From Escherichia phage vB_EcoM_ULIM3: 64,000 bases of DNA. How positions within the stretch are numbered: the stretch's first letter is position 1; each line of letters opens with the position of its first letter. Below, piece after piece: positions 31,182 to 41,960 of the stretch. The notes beneath the pieces are model-generated. The model worked only from the letters and a program-made list of their open reading frames with translations, made no database searches and was not told the DNA's origin. The translations under genes and the position numbers were made by a program. The DNA is taken from sequence record OQ850289. The stretch is one strand, 5' to 3'.

Positions 31182-33536
31182 ATGGCAGATTACAAATTGA
31201 GTGAGCTAAACTCAATCGACACAATCCGTTCAGATGACCTTCTTCATGTCAGAGTTAAAAAGAGACCTGAAATGCTGGGTGATGAAGACCGTCGAATGAC
31301 CTATCAAGATTTCTTAGCATCTTTTAAGCTTGAAAGATTTGTTCAGATTGCTGGTAGCACTATGACGGGTGACTTAGGAATTGTTAAGCTACTTTACGGT
31401 GGCAAGGCTGTATTCGACCCCACAGGCTCTTCTGAGATTACTGTTGGTGATGTTTTAAAGACTTTTAAAATCAACGCAAACGGCCTTAAACTAACTATTG
31501 CAGACGCTTCAAGGTCGGCAACTGTTTATCATACTTTGAATAAGCCAAGCCCTAATGAACTTGGGATGAGAACTAATGAAGAGAATGACGCAAGGTATGC
31601 AAGACTAGCCGTGAATAATACCTTTAGAGGTACTCAAGCTATCCTCTCTGACAATGAAGCGCTCATTATTAAAAATATCACTCAAGGTGCTCCACTCTAT
31701 CTTCGTGGTCAAGATGCAGATGGTACTAACAGATGGTATCTAGGTAATGATAATAGGGGTACAAATAATCTTGTATTGAAGAATGTAAAGTCTGACGTTT
31801 CAATTGCTATTTTAGAGAATTTGGTGACAGTCAACAGAACTCTTCAAATTGCTGGCCAAGTTCAGCCTTCAAGTTTTGCTAACTTAGATGCTAGGTATTT
31901 TACCCAGACAGCAGCTAATCAGAGATTTGCGCAGTTAGCTGGCAATAATACATTTAGTGGTTCTAATATTTTCACTAATTTTGTTATTAAGAAGAATGCT
32001 AATGCTATTACTATTCAAAATGTAGATACAACTGCGGCTTTGTATATCCAAGCAAGGAAATCAGATGGAACTAATAAGTGGTACATTGGTAATGATGGTG
32101 ATGAAAACATTGTAAACATCTATAACTATTTAGCAAAAACACAAATCTCATTAGGTAACACCATTACCATGAGCAGAACAGTCCAAATTGGTGGTCAAGT
32201 ACAACCTTCTGATTGGACTAACATTGATTCTAGATATATTCCGGCAGCCACTTTGAGTAATCTCCCTAAACTTAATGTGTCTAATACTTTTACAAATGTG
32301 CAAACTATTGTATCTAACAACGAGGGTTTGGTATTAAGGAACTTGACACAGGGGCAGCCACTATATATCCGTGGTGTTGATACTGAGAATGTTTCTAGAT
32401 GGTGGTTAGGTGTAGGTGGTCCAAACTCTAATGTGGTAACACTTAACAACAACTATTCTGACACTAAAATCTCACTTGGTGGCTCATCAGTAATGACTAA
32501 TAAGAGCTTAGCTATTACTGGTCAAGTACAACCTTCTGACTTCTCTAACTTAGATGCTAGATACTATACCCAAGCTGCCGCAAACGCAAGATATATGCTT
32601 GCAAGCATCACTGGTTCGGCTTCTGAAGCAGATGGTGGTGATGGTGTTGCATGGGATGCAAAAACAGGTCTTTATAAGGTTACTAACACCACTGGACAGT
32701 CTTCTTCACTTGTATATCACATGTTTTTAGGGACTAGTTCTACACCATCTGCACAATTAAAGTTTTCGTTTAAAAATGGTGGGATGTGGTATAGAACATC
32801 AAGAGATGCCTATGGCTTCGAAGTTAATTGGTCTAAAGTTTACACGGAAGCACAAAAACCAACCCCTTCAGAGATTGGTGCATACACTAAAGCTGAAACT
32901 GACCAGAAAATTGCAACAGCAATTAGTGACTCTACAGACCTTAACAAAATCTATCCAGTTGGTATTGTAACGTGGTTTAACAGTAATGTTAACCCTAATA
33001 CAGCACTCCCTGGTCTAACTTGGACGTACCTGAATAATGGTGTTGGTAGAACTATCAGAATCGCAGCAGCAAACGGTTCAGATGTTGCTACAACTGGTGG
33101 TTCAGATTCTGTGACATTAGCTGTTGGTAACTTACCATCACACACTCACAGTTTCTCTGCTACCACTTCATCTTTTGATTATGGTACGAAGAACACTAAC
33201 AGTACTGGTGCACATACCCATTCAGTTAGTGGTACTGCTGCATCTGCTGGGCAACACGCACACAGAATTTCACAGGGTGACAACGCTAACGTTTCATCAG
33301 GTAGAGTCGCATCTTCAAACTCTGCTCAGACCCATGTTGGTTGGACTGAAAATGATGGTGTTCACACCCACTCAGTTAGTGGTACTGCTGCATCTGCTGG
33401 TGGACATGCTCACTCTGTAGGTATTGGTGCTCATAGCCACACAGTTAGTGGTAACACTGGTGGTACAGGTTCTGGTTCAGCATTTAGTGTTACTAACCAG
33501 TTCTACAAGTTAATGGCTTGGGTAAGAACTGCTTAA
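31182..33536 (+). CDS. long tail fibre protein with internal repeats and His-x-His tip
   Basis: 784 aa; three repeats of GQVQPS..NLDARY.TQ.AAN; C-terminal HTHS/HAHS/HSHT motifs paralogous to 29963-31135. Confidence 0.7.
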   Translation: MADYKLSELNSIDTIRSDDLLHVRVKKRPEMLGDEDRRMTYQDFLASFKLERFVQIAGSTMTGDLGIVKLLYGGKAVFDPTGSSEITVGDVLKTFKINANGLKLTIADASRSATVYHTLNKPSPNELGMRTNEENDARYARLAVNNTFRGTQAILSDNEALIIKNITQGAPLYLRGQDADGTNRWYLGNDNRGTNNLVLKNVKSDVSIAILENLVTVNRTLQIAGQVQPSSFANLDARYFTQTAANQRFAQLAGNNTFSGSNIFTNFVIKKNANAITIQNVDTTAALYIQARKSDGTNKWYIGNDGDENIVNIYNYLAKTQISLGNTITMSRTVQIGGQVQPSDWTNIDSRYIPAATLSNLPKLNVSNTFTNVQTIVSNNEGLVLRNLTQGQPLYIRGVDTENVSRWWLGVGGPNSNVVTLNNNYSDTKISLGGSSVMTNKSLAITGQVQPSDFSNLDARYYTQAAANARYMLASITGSASEADGGDGVAWDAKTGLYKVTNTTGQSSSLVYHMFLGTSSTPSAQLKFSFKNGGMWYRTSRDAYGFEVNWSKVYTEAQKPTPSEIGAYTKAETDQKIATAISDSTDLNKIYPVGIVTWFNSNVNPNTALPGLTWTYLNNGVGRTIRIAAANGSDVATTGGSDSVTLAVGNLPSHTHSFSATTSSFDYGTKNTNSTGAHTHSVSGTAASAGQHAHRISQGDNANVSSGRVASSNSAQTHVGWTENDGVHTHSVSGTAASAGGHAHSVGIGAHSHTVSGNTGGTGSGSAFSVTNQFYKLMAWVRTA

Positions 33537-33615
33537 TCCCTTGTTGACTGATTGTTAAGATGGTGTTAATATTCTTTATGGGTATTCTCACCATCTTGGC
33601 TGATGAGGTGATTAA

Positions 33616-33813
33616 ATGCCTACAATCCTAGCAATTCTTCTAAAAAATCTAGGCAGCTTCTTCTGGAAACTCATTTTATCCCTTCTAAGTGAATACATGA
33701 TTGAGAAAGTGTTCTTTAAGCTTGCAAGATACCTTGCGAGTAAAACAGACACACCTATTGATGATGAGTTCGTAGATAACTTAGAAAAAGCTTTTAAGGG
33801 GGAGAATAAATGA
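33616..33813 (+). CDS. small membrane protein (holin-like, speculative)
   Basis: 65 aa; N-terminal hydrophobic segment, charged C-terminus. Confidence 0.35.
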   Translation: MPTILAILLKNLGSFFWKLILSLLSEYMIEKVFFKLARYLASKTDTPIDDEFVDNLEKAFKGENK

Positions 33814-34181
33814 AGTGGCTAGAGGAAGCTTTTAAAAATAATATTGGTGCAATTGTAGTTGGTATTTTTAGTGTTATTGGGATGTATACCACGATGCAAG
33901 TTTCAAGTGGTAAACAAGAAGTGTCTGTCACAACAAAGTTACAGCAGCTAGATAATTATTCCAAAAGTAACTATTCAGCTATTCGTGATTTACAGTCTGA
34001 CATGAGACTGATTCAGCTAGGGATGGAGAACCAGAAAGTTCAGTTAGAGAATGTTAAGGGTGAAAACGCAAAACTTACCAAAACTCTTGATAAATTCTCT
34101 GACAGTGTGAACAATCTGGCTCAATCAGTATCAGCCTTGCAAGCTATTACTGAGAAGAACACAAAGAATACTGAAAAATAA
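33810..34181 (+). CDS. membrane-anchored coiled-coil protein
   Basis: 123 aa; N-terminal TM helix then coiled-coil heptads. Confidence 0.35.
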   Translation: MKWLEEAFKNNIGAIVVGIFSVIGMYTTMQVSSGKQEVSVTTKLQQLDNYSKSNYSAIRDLQSDMRLIQLGMENQKVQLENVKGENAKLTKTLDKFSDSVNNLAQSVSALQAITEKNTKNTEK

Positions 34182-34185
34182 AATT

Positions 34186-34217
34186 TTAAGGCTCCTTTTT
34201 ACGGGAGCCTTTTTTGT
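34186..34217. terminator. bidirectional intrinsic terminator at convergent gene junction
   Basis: ggctcc...ggagcc hairpin flanked by A-tract upstream and T-tract downstream. Confidence 0.7.
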
Positions 34218-34218
34218 T

Positions 34219-35118
34219 TTACTTGCCTACTGACAGAGGTGCTTCAATCTTCCCTGCATGTTGGTAGTTGTTAATACCACCAATAAAGTCACTTGCAGTA
34301 AGGTGTTTTAGGTCACTTAGTGTGTTAAGCTGCACACCAATCTCAAAAGTAGGTGCATGGAACTCTTTATTGTTCATCAGTTCATAAACCTGCTTCATAT
34401 GATTCTGATAAATCTGAGTGTCTCCAAAGACACCTATCAAGTATCGTGGAGTGTATCCAGTCATCTTACAAAGAACTTCTAAGATGAAGCCATAAGACGC
34501 AATATTAAACGGAAGCCCTAAAAAGGTGTCTACAGAACGTTGATACCATTGCAAATCCACTTCACCTTCGTTAGTGATATAAATCTGAAACAGTACATGA
34601 CAAGGTGCTAAAGCCATCGAATTAGCTGCAATATCTGCTGCATTCCAAGCATTAACAAGCATGTAGCGGTCTGTGATATCACCTTTCATCTTCGTTACTA
34701 AGGTTTCTAACTGGTCTACAACACAACCATTATGACCTTCAAAGTTTCTCCACTGAACCCCGTAGATTCTCCCACCTGCATCTTCTAACCAGTCTTGTTC
34801 AGAAGAATAGTTAGAGCTTAACCAGCGTTTAAAATCATCTGACCAGATAGTCCAGCGTTCCCCATCATTTTCACCCCAAGTACGGTAACGGAGTTCACCA
34901 AGTTTATTCTCACCGTTCAGGAACCATAAAGCTTCCCCAATAACTTGCCGTGTAAACACCTGTTTAGATGTTAAGAGTGGGAAACCAGTTCTCATATCAA
35001 AACGAAATTGTGGTGGAGCAAATGCAGAGATAACGTCTCCAGTTCGTGTAGTACGCAGTTCACCAACGGATAGAACATGGTTCAGAATATTTTTGTAACT
35101 TGAATCTGCTTGTGACAT
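34219..35118 (-). CDS. thyA: thymidylate synthase (ThyA family)
   Basis: ALAPCH catalytic-Cys motif, RSVDTFLGLPFNIASY, GDTQIYQNH; collinear with the E. coli ThyA sequence as I recall it. Confidence 0.85.
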   Translation of the reverse strand: MSQADSSYKNILNHVLSVGELRTTRTGDVISAFAPPQFRFDMRTGFPLLTSKQVFTRQVIGEALWFLNGENKLGELRYRTWGENDGERWTIWSDDFKRWLSSNYSSEQDWLEDAGGRIYGVQWRNFEGHNGCVVDQLETLVTKMKGDITDRYMLVNAWNAADIAANSMALAPCHVLFQIYITNEGEVDLQWYQRSVDTFLGLPFNIASYGFILEVLCKMTGYTPRYLIGVFGDTQIYQNHMKQVYELMNNKEFHAPTFEIGVQLNTLSDLKHLTASDFIGGINNYQHAGKIEAPLSVGK

Positions 35119-35119
35119 A

Positions 35120-35665
35120 TCAAAAGTGTCCTTTTACTTGTGGAACATAAATTTCAAAGGTTGCTTTACCATCATCTGAGGGTCTTGACTGCACCTTTGC
35201 AAATACACGGCTATCATACAATTTATCGAAGAAGTTTTCAAAAGGTAAATACACAGTGGCCTCTTCAGTGACTTTATGGAAAACTGTATGGAAAACCACA
35301 CCAGCATACGGCAAAGCATCGACAAGAACACCTGCACCACCAATTACAAAGACATCTTCATCAATAGAGCTGTCAAGATACTTCAAAAATGCTCCAAAGG
35401 ATTCTTTACTAGCCTTAGCATACATTACATCGTCTTTGTCAAAGTCTATACCCAAATATGGAACAGAGTTCGTTAAGACGAGGTTTGTACGTTCTGGTAA
35501 TGGTTTGCTACCCAGAGTCTTAAAAGTTTCATTACCCATGACTACTAAGTTATCTTTAGTGAGTCTCTTAAACTCTTGCATATCCTGTTTATGTCGAGGC
35601 CACGGCATACCAGTTGGAGTACCAAACTCCCCATTTTCACCACTTGCAAAGATTAATTTAATCAT
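35120..35665 (-). CDS. folA: dihydrofolate reductase
   Basis: MIKLIFA...GMPWP N-terminal motif; 181 aa; adjacent to thyA. Confidence 0.8.
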   Translation of the reverse strand: MIKLIFASGENGEFGTPTGMPWPRHKQDMQEFKRLTKDNLVVMGNETFKTLGSKPLPERTNLVLTNSVPYLGIDFDKDDVMYAKASKESFGAFLKYLDSSIDEDVFVIGGAGVLVDALPYAGVVFHTVFHKVTEEATVYLPFENFFDKLYDSRVFAKVQSRPSDDGKATFEIYVPQVKGHF

Positions 35666-35922
35666 TTTGTAAATCCTTTCTTAATGAACCAGTTGATAAC
35701 ACTCTTCACAGCTTTATTGCTATGGTAGATTAAGTGTGGTGTAGGTTGGTATGAACCATAAGCCCAGAAAGCAATGATTTCATTACATCCTGTACACCTT
35801 GTACTCTCTTCAGCAATATGACCGTTGACTATTTCACTTACCTCGCCTTGTAAGTCTGTACACCCACAATGTGGACATCGGATAGGTGTTCCATCAGACT
35901 CATAGCAGTGTTCAATTTTCAT
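35662..35922 (-). CDS. Cys-rich zinc-ribbon protein
   Basis: CPHCGC...CTGC paired CxxC motifs, 86 aa. Confidence 0.45.
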   Translation of the reverse strand: MKIEHCYESDGTPIRCPHCGCTDLQGEVSEIVNGHIAEESTRCTGCNEIIAFWAYGSYQPTPHLIYHSNKAVKSVINWFIKKGFTK

Positions 35923-36438
35923 CTATTTAACCTCAAAAACTGGCTCAAGAACCAATATAAAGTCTACACAGTCATCTTCTTCATCCAGAATACCATCAAA
36001 GTTCTTAGGAACGAAGTCGAAGAGGCTCATAACAAAACAGTCAGAAGTGACCTTAATAGTTCCTCCCATGTTCTCTACAGTTAACACTGTACGACTTTCT
36101 TTTACCTCCCTCAGAAGATTACCCACAAAGTCATCTAAGAAATACTTCATCAGTGACTTGAAACCTTTAGGGTAATCTGTACCAGAGTATGTTTCAATCT
36201 GAGGAACAAGTTTAACATTTATACTCGTCTTTGTTAAGAACGTGCTAGAGAACATACTATCAGGTAACTTACAAACAGTCTTTCCAGTACCTTCATGCTC
36301 AATCTCAACAAAACCAGCTTCATCGCCACATGTAACTATTTTAAAAGATGCTTCATTCTCATACTGTGAAGCCATAAACTTTTTAAGCATCTCTTTAAGG
36401 AAATCTGCATGAGCATCTTGTAAGTAGATATCAATCAT
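35923..36438 (-). CDS. hypothetical protein
   Basis: start moved to internal ATG 36438 (AGGTG RBS) to remove overlap with upstream gene. Confidence 0.4.
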   Translation of the reverse strand: MIDIYLQDAHADFLKEMLKKFMASQYENEASFKIVTCGDEAGFVEIEHEGTGKTVCKLPDSMFSSTFLTKTSINVKLVPQIETYSGTDYPKGFKSLMKYFLDDFVGNLLREVKESRTVLTVENMGGTIKVTSDCFVMSLFDFVPKNFDGILDEEDDCVDFILVLEPVFEVK

Positions 36439-36451
36439 AGTTAAACACCTA

Positions 36452-36811
36452 TTATGGGAACAGACACTTAATGTCATCGTTTTTGAAAACGAAGCTTGTG
36501 TAGTTGTGACCATCAACATCCAACCAAACAGCCTGAACATCTACACCATCAAGATTCTGGTAAAGCTCTTTGATGAAGTGGTCTTTCACAATCTGACTGC
36601 TAGTTGTTTCCAGCTTAATGTTCGAGATTGCTGAACCTACAGCCATATAGCCCATGACACGTTTCTTCTCAGTATGCTTAATCTTACCATCTTTGTAAGC
36701 CATAATGAGATTGGAGAGAATCTTCACACCATAATACTTTTCAAGGTGAGTTGGTACGCCATAAAAGCCTAATGCGAAGTTTTCAGAGTGGATAATGTTT
36801 TCACGTTTCAT
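36452..36811 (-). CDS. hypothetical protein
   Basis: 119-aa ORF. Confidence 0.4.
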   Translation of the reverse strand: MKRENIIHSENFALGFYGVPTHLEKYYGVKILSNLIMAYKDGKIKHTEKKRVMGYMAVGSAISNIKLETTSSQIVKDHFIKELYQNLDGVDVQAVWLDVDGHNYTSFVFKNDDIKCLFP

Positions 36812-36812
36812 A

Positions 36813-37142
36813 TTAATCTGCCAACCTTAAATTGAAATTAACACCAAATTTTTCACATACTTCCAACATATACTCAAGGGAGACGTTACCAGTGAGATGG
36901 ATTATGTTGGATACACGAGCCTGAGAGATACCACAAATTTTAGCAACTTGCTCTTGAGAAAGGCCTCTGGATTTAATCTCTCTCTTAAAACGATGTGCAA
37001 CGAAGTCTCTCATTTCGTCTACATCCATTGGACAAATATAACTCTCCATTTCAGCCTCTCTATCAGCCTCCCAATCATCTTGTGGGGCATAAGGGTCAAA
37101 AACCTCATTCATCTTTCTTCTTCCGTTTGCGTGAAGTGTCAA
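36813..37142 (-). CDS. XRE-family helix-turn-helix transcriptional regulator
   Basis: LSQEQVAKICGISQARVSNI helix-turn-helix signature. Confidence 0.6.
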   Translation of the reverse strand: MTLHANGRRKMNEVFDPYAPQDDWEADREAEMESYICPMDVDEMRDFVAHRFKREIKSRGLSQEQVAKICGISQARVSNIIHLTGNVSLEYMLEVCEKFGVNFNLRLAD

Positions 37143-37317
37143 TCAATGAATCTATGTTTGTAGCCCTAACCTTTTCACGTTCATCATTAAGATAATCATC
37201 AAGAGCCTTTTCAATCTGTGAATCATCTTGACAGATAACTGTAAAGACTGTAAATCCGTCTGTATCGTCAATTATCTTACCATAACCGCTTCTGGGATGT
37301 AACTTTTTAAGAGCCAT
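37105..37317 (-). CDS. hypothetical protein
   Basis: 70-aa ORF. Confidence 0.35.
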   Translation of the reverse strand: MALKKLHPRSGYGKIIDDTDGFTVFTVICQDDSQIEKALDDYLNDEREKVRATNIDSLIDTSRKRKKKDE

Positions 37318-37318
37318 A

Positions 37319-37702
37319 TCAAATACCTGTGCAGCTTCTGTTTTCTAAGAAATACTCCACACCATACATAGCTTTTTGCATTAAATCTTCTTTAAACTGG
37401 ATACGATGATTGAGCATAGCCTGTACATCAATATCATCAGGGTGCTTCTCTTTAATGTTTGCAGATTGCAGGAAGTACTCTGCAAGAACGCGATACTGGT
37501 AGTCAGTCACCTTATCAGTCATCTCTGTCAAAGACTCTTCAGAGATGGGTTTAAGTAACTCACCATTAGCTAGAGCAACACCTTTTACAATCTGGCAAGT
37601 GTCTTCTGGAACACCTGATAAGTCCACATTTGGAAGTTCTGTTGCATTGACTGGTAAATTCATTGCCATAACCATTGCAGCAGCTAATAAAATCTTTTTC
37701 AT
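37319..37702 (-). CDS. secreted/periplasmic protein (signal peptide)
   Basis: MKKILLAAAMVMAMNLPVNA signal-peptide-like N-terminus; own promoter in repeat region R1. Confidence 0.5.
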   Translation of the reverse strand: MKKILLAAAMVMAMNLPVNATELPNVDLSGVPEDTCQIVKGVALANGELLKPISEESLTEMTDKVTDYQYRVLAEYFLQSANIKEKHPDDIDVQAMLNHRIQFKEDLMQKAMYGVEYFLENRSCTGI

Positions 37703-37746
37703 AATGACCTCAAAGTTATATTAAATTTTGTATTACATTGAGTATA

Positions 37747-37775
37747 AAAATAAGCTATAACACCTGACTTGTCAA
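37747..37775 (-). promoter_or_regulatory. sigma70-type promoter (minus strand) for 37319-37702
   Basis: minus-strand TTGACA (37775-37770), 17-nt spacer, TATTTT (37752-37747); flanked by 9-bp inverted repeat taagctata/tatagctta. Confidence 0.5.
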
Positions 37776-38140
37776 CAGATTTTATAGCTTATTTGGCAGA
37801 TTTTTTATAAGGCTACTGCCATCCTTCCATACCAAACCTCACCTGACCTCGCCTAACCCTACCTTACTCCACCATACAGCACCTTATTAAAACACCCTGT
37901 TTAAAGACCTTTTAAAAAGGTAAGTCTCATTTTAATGTAGCTGAGACTAACTACCCATACCTCACCCTACCAGACCCTACCGAACATCACTTAAAAACCC
38001 TCTTAGAAGACTCTTAAGTGATGTAATCGAATTTTAATGTAGCTCCGATTAACTACCCATACCTCACCTCACCCAACCATACCATGCCTTGCCAGACCGC
38101 ACCTTACCTCATTAAAAGACCCTCTTAAAAGACCTTTTAA

Positions 38141-38166
38141 AAAGGAGCCTCCGAAGAGGCTACCTA
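38141..38166 (-). terminator. intrinsic terminator (minus strand) after 38173-38613
   Basis: minus-strand ggtagcctc-ttcg-gaggct(a)cc hairpin followed by TTTTT. Confidence 0.7.
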
Positions 38167-38172
38167 GTCAAC

Positions 38173-38613
38173 TTAGAAAGGTTTTCTACGTTGCTTGTTA
38201 ATGTTAGCTTTCATAGCAGCTAAATGGTTTTGCTGTTCAATCAGTCGTGAACGTTCTTGATGACTAAGCGCCATAGTGTTCACATTCTCAATTGCTTGAG
38301 TGGCTTGCTTTAAAGCTCGACCAATCTTACCAGACATTTTGCGTTTTGCAATAGTTGCTTGATGCTTAGGTTCAACCACACGATAACCAACACCCATTGA
38401 AGCAACCAGATAAATCTTCTCTTCTTTAAGAAGCTTTTCAATAAACTTCTCAAGTCGGTTTAGACGTGTAAGTGCATAAGCCTTCATTTCATCTTCGTAC
38501 TTAACAATGTCACCTTGATAAGTTGGCTTCACAATACCTAAGAAGGTGTCCATCTCGGAATGTGATACAGTGTCGCCGTAACTAAACTTTGCTGCTAATG
38601 CTTTTGTATTCAT
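38173..38613 (-). CDS. hypothetical protein (cassette gene 2)
   Basis: 146-aa ORF, basic C-terminus. Confidence 0.5.
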   Translation of the reverse strand: MNTKALAAKFSYGDTVSHSEMDTFLGIVKPTYQGDIVKYEDEMKAYALTRLNRLEKFIEKLLKEEKIYLVASMGVGYRVVEPKHQATIAKRKMSGKIGRALKQATQAIENVNTMALSHQERSRLIEQQNHLAAMKANINKQRRKPF

Positions 38614-38615
38614 AA

Positions 38616-39638
<1,023 letters not shown>

Positions 39639-40739
39639 TTACTCATAATCCCTAATAACTAACCCAACAGGGAACTGTAAAGACCCCTTACGAGTCATCT
39701 TCTGGAACTGAACCGTTAAAGGCTTCCCGATAAACTCTTCAGGATGCTCAGCCAGATACTGCTTTTTCTCATGAGTGGTTTTCCATGAGACATCTACAAA
39801 GACGTTAGGAAGAGTCTCTACAACGAACTTACCATGACCACGTTTATCAGTCTTTACACCAGTTACTTTAAACTCTTCAGTGTGCATCTTCTTGTGCTTA
39901 ATCAAGAAGTATGAACGGTGACAACACTCATAGAAGGAGTCTTCAGAGATTGAACGGTACATTGCACCTTCAAACTTAGCTTCAACCCACTTATCATGAG
40001 CTTCATCAAATTCTTCCCAAGAATTTACACGGATAGTCTGCACAGGAACAACTCTACAGGTATCCCCAAGCTCAACAATAGGTGAGTTATCAATAACTTC
40101 ACGACGCTCAGGCCAAGATTTTGAATTGTCACAGATATCATACCAGTAGAATTTAAGAAGGTGACGGTCTGGATTGTCAGCATTCTTAATCATAGACACA
40201 ATATCTTCTAAGTCCCAACCATGAGCATAAATCTCTCCATCAAAGTCTTCAACTTGCGGATGTAATTTAAGCAACAAAAGTAAGTCTGGTATTAGTTCTG
40301 CTGGAACGTTGTAAACAGTATTCTCACGAGAATAAGCTGTGAAACCGACTGAATCAGCATCTCTTGAAATTCTACAACGTACACCATCCAGTTTCGGTTG
40401 AGCATCAGCAGGGAACTTCAGATACTTTGCATGACTAACCTTTGCAGCATCATGAGCAAGCTGTACACCTACCTTCTCAGTATTCTGTGCAGACTCTTTT
40501 GTGTAAGCATACCCTTTACGGTCAACTTGCTTTTTATACTTAGCAGCAACTTCAAAGAGAGCTTGCTGTTCAGCATTACGCTCATTCTTTTTACCGATGT
40601 TTTTAGGTTCTGCTGTATACTCTTCAAACATCATCTTGCCATTTTCTTTGCCATAGGTTGTAATAACCTTGTCACCTACAGCAGTACATGACCAGATGTT
40701 AAAAGAGCCATCTTTATTTTGTTTGTACAGTATTGTCAT
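39639..40739 (-). CDS. ATP-dependent DNA ligase
   Basis: KLDGVRC motif I (adenylation lysine); start set at ATG 40739 with AGGAA RBS. Confidence 0.8.
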   Translation of the reverse strand: MTILYKQNKDGSFNIWSCTAVGDKVITTYGKENGKMMFEEYTAEPKNIGKKNERNAEQQALFEVAAKYKKQVDRKGYAYTKESAQNTEKVGVQLAHDAAKVSHAKYLKFPADAQPKLDGVRCRISRDADSVGFTAYSRENTVYNVPAELIPDLLLLLKLHPQVEDFDGEIYAHGWDLEDIVSMIKNADNPDRHLLKFYWYDICDNSKSWPERREVIDNSPIVELGDTCRVVPVQTIRVNSWEEFDEAHDKWVEAKFEGAMYRSISEDSFYECCHRSYFLIKHKKMHTEEFKVTGVKTDKRGHGKFVVETLPNVFVDVSWKTTHEKKQYLAEHPEEFIGKPLTVQFQKMTRKGSLQFPVGLVIRDYE

Positions 40740-40740
40740 T

Positions 40741-40932
40741 TTATTCCTCTGAGTGATACCAAGTATTGCAAGCATTACATGCGTAAAGCTCTAAATCATT
40801 TTTATCTGGTTTATGAAAACAGTTTGCTCCGCAGTGGCAACGAAACGGTTTTCCACCAACTGTCAGGATGAAGGATTGAACCTTTCCATCAGGAGTTCGT
40901 ACAGCATTTTTATGCTTATCTTCTTTGTTCAT
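40741..40932 (-). CDS. zinc-finger protein
   Basis: CHCGANC...CNAC Cys4 pattern, 63 aa. Confidence 0.45.
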   Translation of the reverse strand: MNKEDKHKNAVRTPDGKVQSFILTVGGKPFRCHCGANCFHKPDKNDLELYACNACNTWYHSEE

Positions 40933-41135
40933 TTTCTCTTACCACCAATCTCTACGTCAATCACTTGAACATCACCAGCAACATCGAACTTATGAATGAT
41001 GCTTTCCACAGTGTAAGTCCAACCCTCGATTCGAACCAACTCACCTTCTCGTGGAACTATTGGATTACGTTGAGCTACGGTTGTAGTGGAGTGAACAACA
41101 TCATAACAGTAGATATAGTTTACTAGGACTTCCAT
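40929..41135 (-). CDS. hypothetical protein
   Basis: start moved to ATG 41135 with GGTGAGGTG RBS. Confidence 0.4.
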   Translation of the reverse strand: MEVLVNYIYCYDVVHSTTTVAQRNPIVPREGELVRIEGWTYTVESIIHKFDVAGDVQVIDVEIGGKRK

Positions 41136-41145
41136 CTTGAGCACC

Positions 41146-41403
41146 TCACCCAATAACAGTAGTGTGTGATTGACCATTTTTGCCATAGCTATAAGATGTT
41201 GTTGTTTGAGAGTTTGGACACCTGACAACAACAATGTCTCTGCTTATGGCATCACCATGTAACTTATAGACTCTGCAATCTTGCATCTCTGGTGGGAGGC
41301 TATAAGAAGCGTTTTTGTCCTCGTAAGAGGGATTACAGCCAGATAGAAAAATTACTCCAAGTGCAACCATTGCTTTCACACAACTCTCAACCTTATTGTT
41401 CAC
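41146..41403 (-). CDS. lipoprotein (putative)
   Basis: signal peptide with LSGC lipobox; GTG start. Confidence 0.45.
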   Translation of the reverse strand: MNNKVESCVKAMVALGVIFLSGCNPSYEDKNASYSLPPEMQDCRVYKLHGDAISRDIVVVRCPNSQTTTSYSYGKNGQSHTTVIG

Positions 41404-41535
41404 GATAGTCTACCTCTCTGTATGTTTTTAAATAGTGAGTGATGAGTTCTGGTAATTCACTACGTTTAACGTTTGAACGAAGAAGTGTCCAGTCAAAACC
41501 TTTACCAACCCTTCCCCAGAGACTGTACATTTTCT

Positions 41536-41769
41536 TCATAGCAACTCCAGAATATCAATACGTTCACCTTTGAGTACTCCAGTACGGTCTTTTGCAATCT
41601 TACCTTCAACAATAAGAATGTGTGCAGACCTTAAAGTGTCACTGTTAAAGGCTTTTACGAACTTGCTAGGCATCACTACAATACACATCTCCTGAATCAA
41701 CTCTGGAGTATAGCAATTGTCGTGAAGTTGCTGAATAACGTCTGCAAGTGTCATTTTTGATGTCTCCAA
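41536..41769 (-). CDS. hypothetical protein, paralogue of 41957-42175
   Basis: shared C-terminal GKIAKD.TG.LKGER..I..LL motif. Confidence 0.5.
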   Translation of the reverse strand: METSKMTLADVIQQLHDNCYTPELIQEMCIVVMPSKFVKAFNSDTLRSAHILIVEGKIAKDRTGVLKGERIDILELL

Positions 41770-41960
41770 TACTCAATATCAATAAGTTCTTGTGCAATGC
41801 TTTTCAGATTACCTTTCAAGAAAACCTTCTCAGAACCTGAAAGAGATGAATTGTCAATTAACCTGTTCATTCTCTCAAACAACTTCTGCTTACGATTCTT
41901 GATAGTTTCCTTTGAAGCACCTTTCATCATCGCTGCATGGGTTCTTCCACGGTGGCTCAT
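41751..41960 (-). CDS. hypothetical basic protein
   Basis: 69-aa ORF between the two paralogues. Confidence 0.4.
   Translation of the reverse strand: MSHRGRTHAAMMKGASKETIKNRKQKLFERMNRLIDNSSLSGSEKVFLKGNLKSIAQELIDIEYWRHQK

Larger units (their letters stand above)
37703..38172. repeat. complex repeat region R1 (G-depleted CA tracts + conserved hairpins)
   Basis: two copies of unit [CA-rich tract]-[ttaaaagaccc..ttttaaaaagg]-[hairpin with loop ATTTTAATGTAGC]; 37881-37965 is ~97% identical to 39406-39487. Confidence 0.8.

Noticed and set aside
35134-35672. ORFs 35134-35343 and 35256-35672 overlapping the DHFR gene
   Set aside because: Same-strand alternate-frame and antisense overlaps of a gene with a clear DHFR signature; no independent support.
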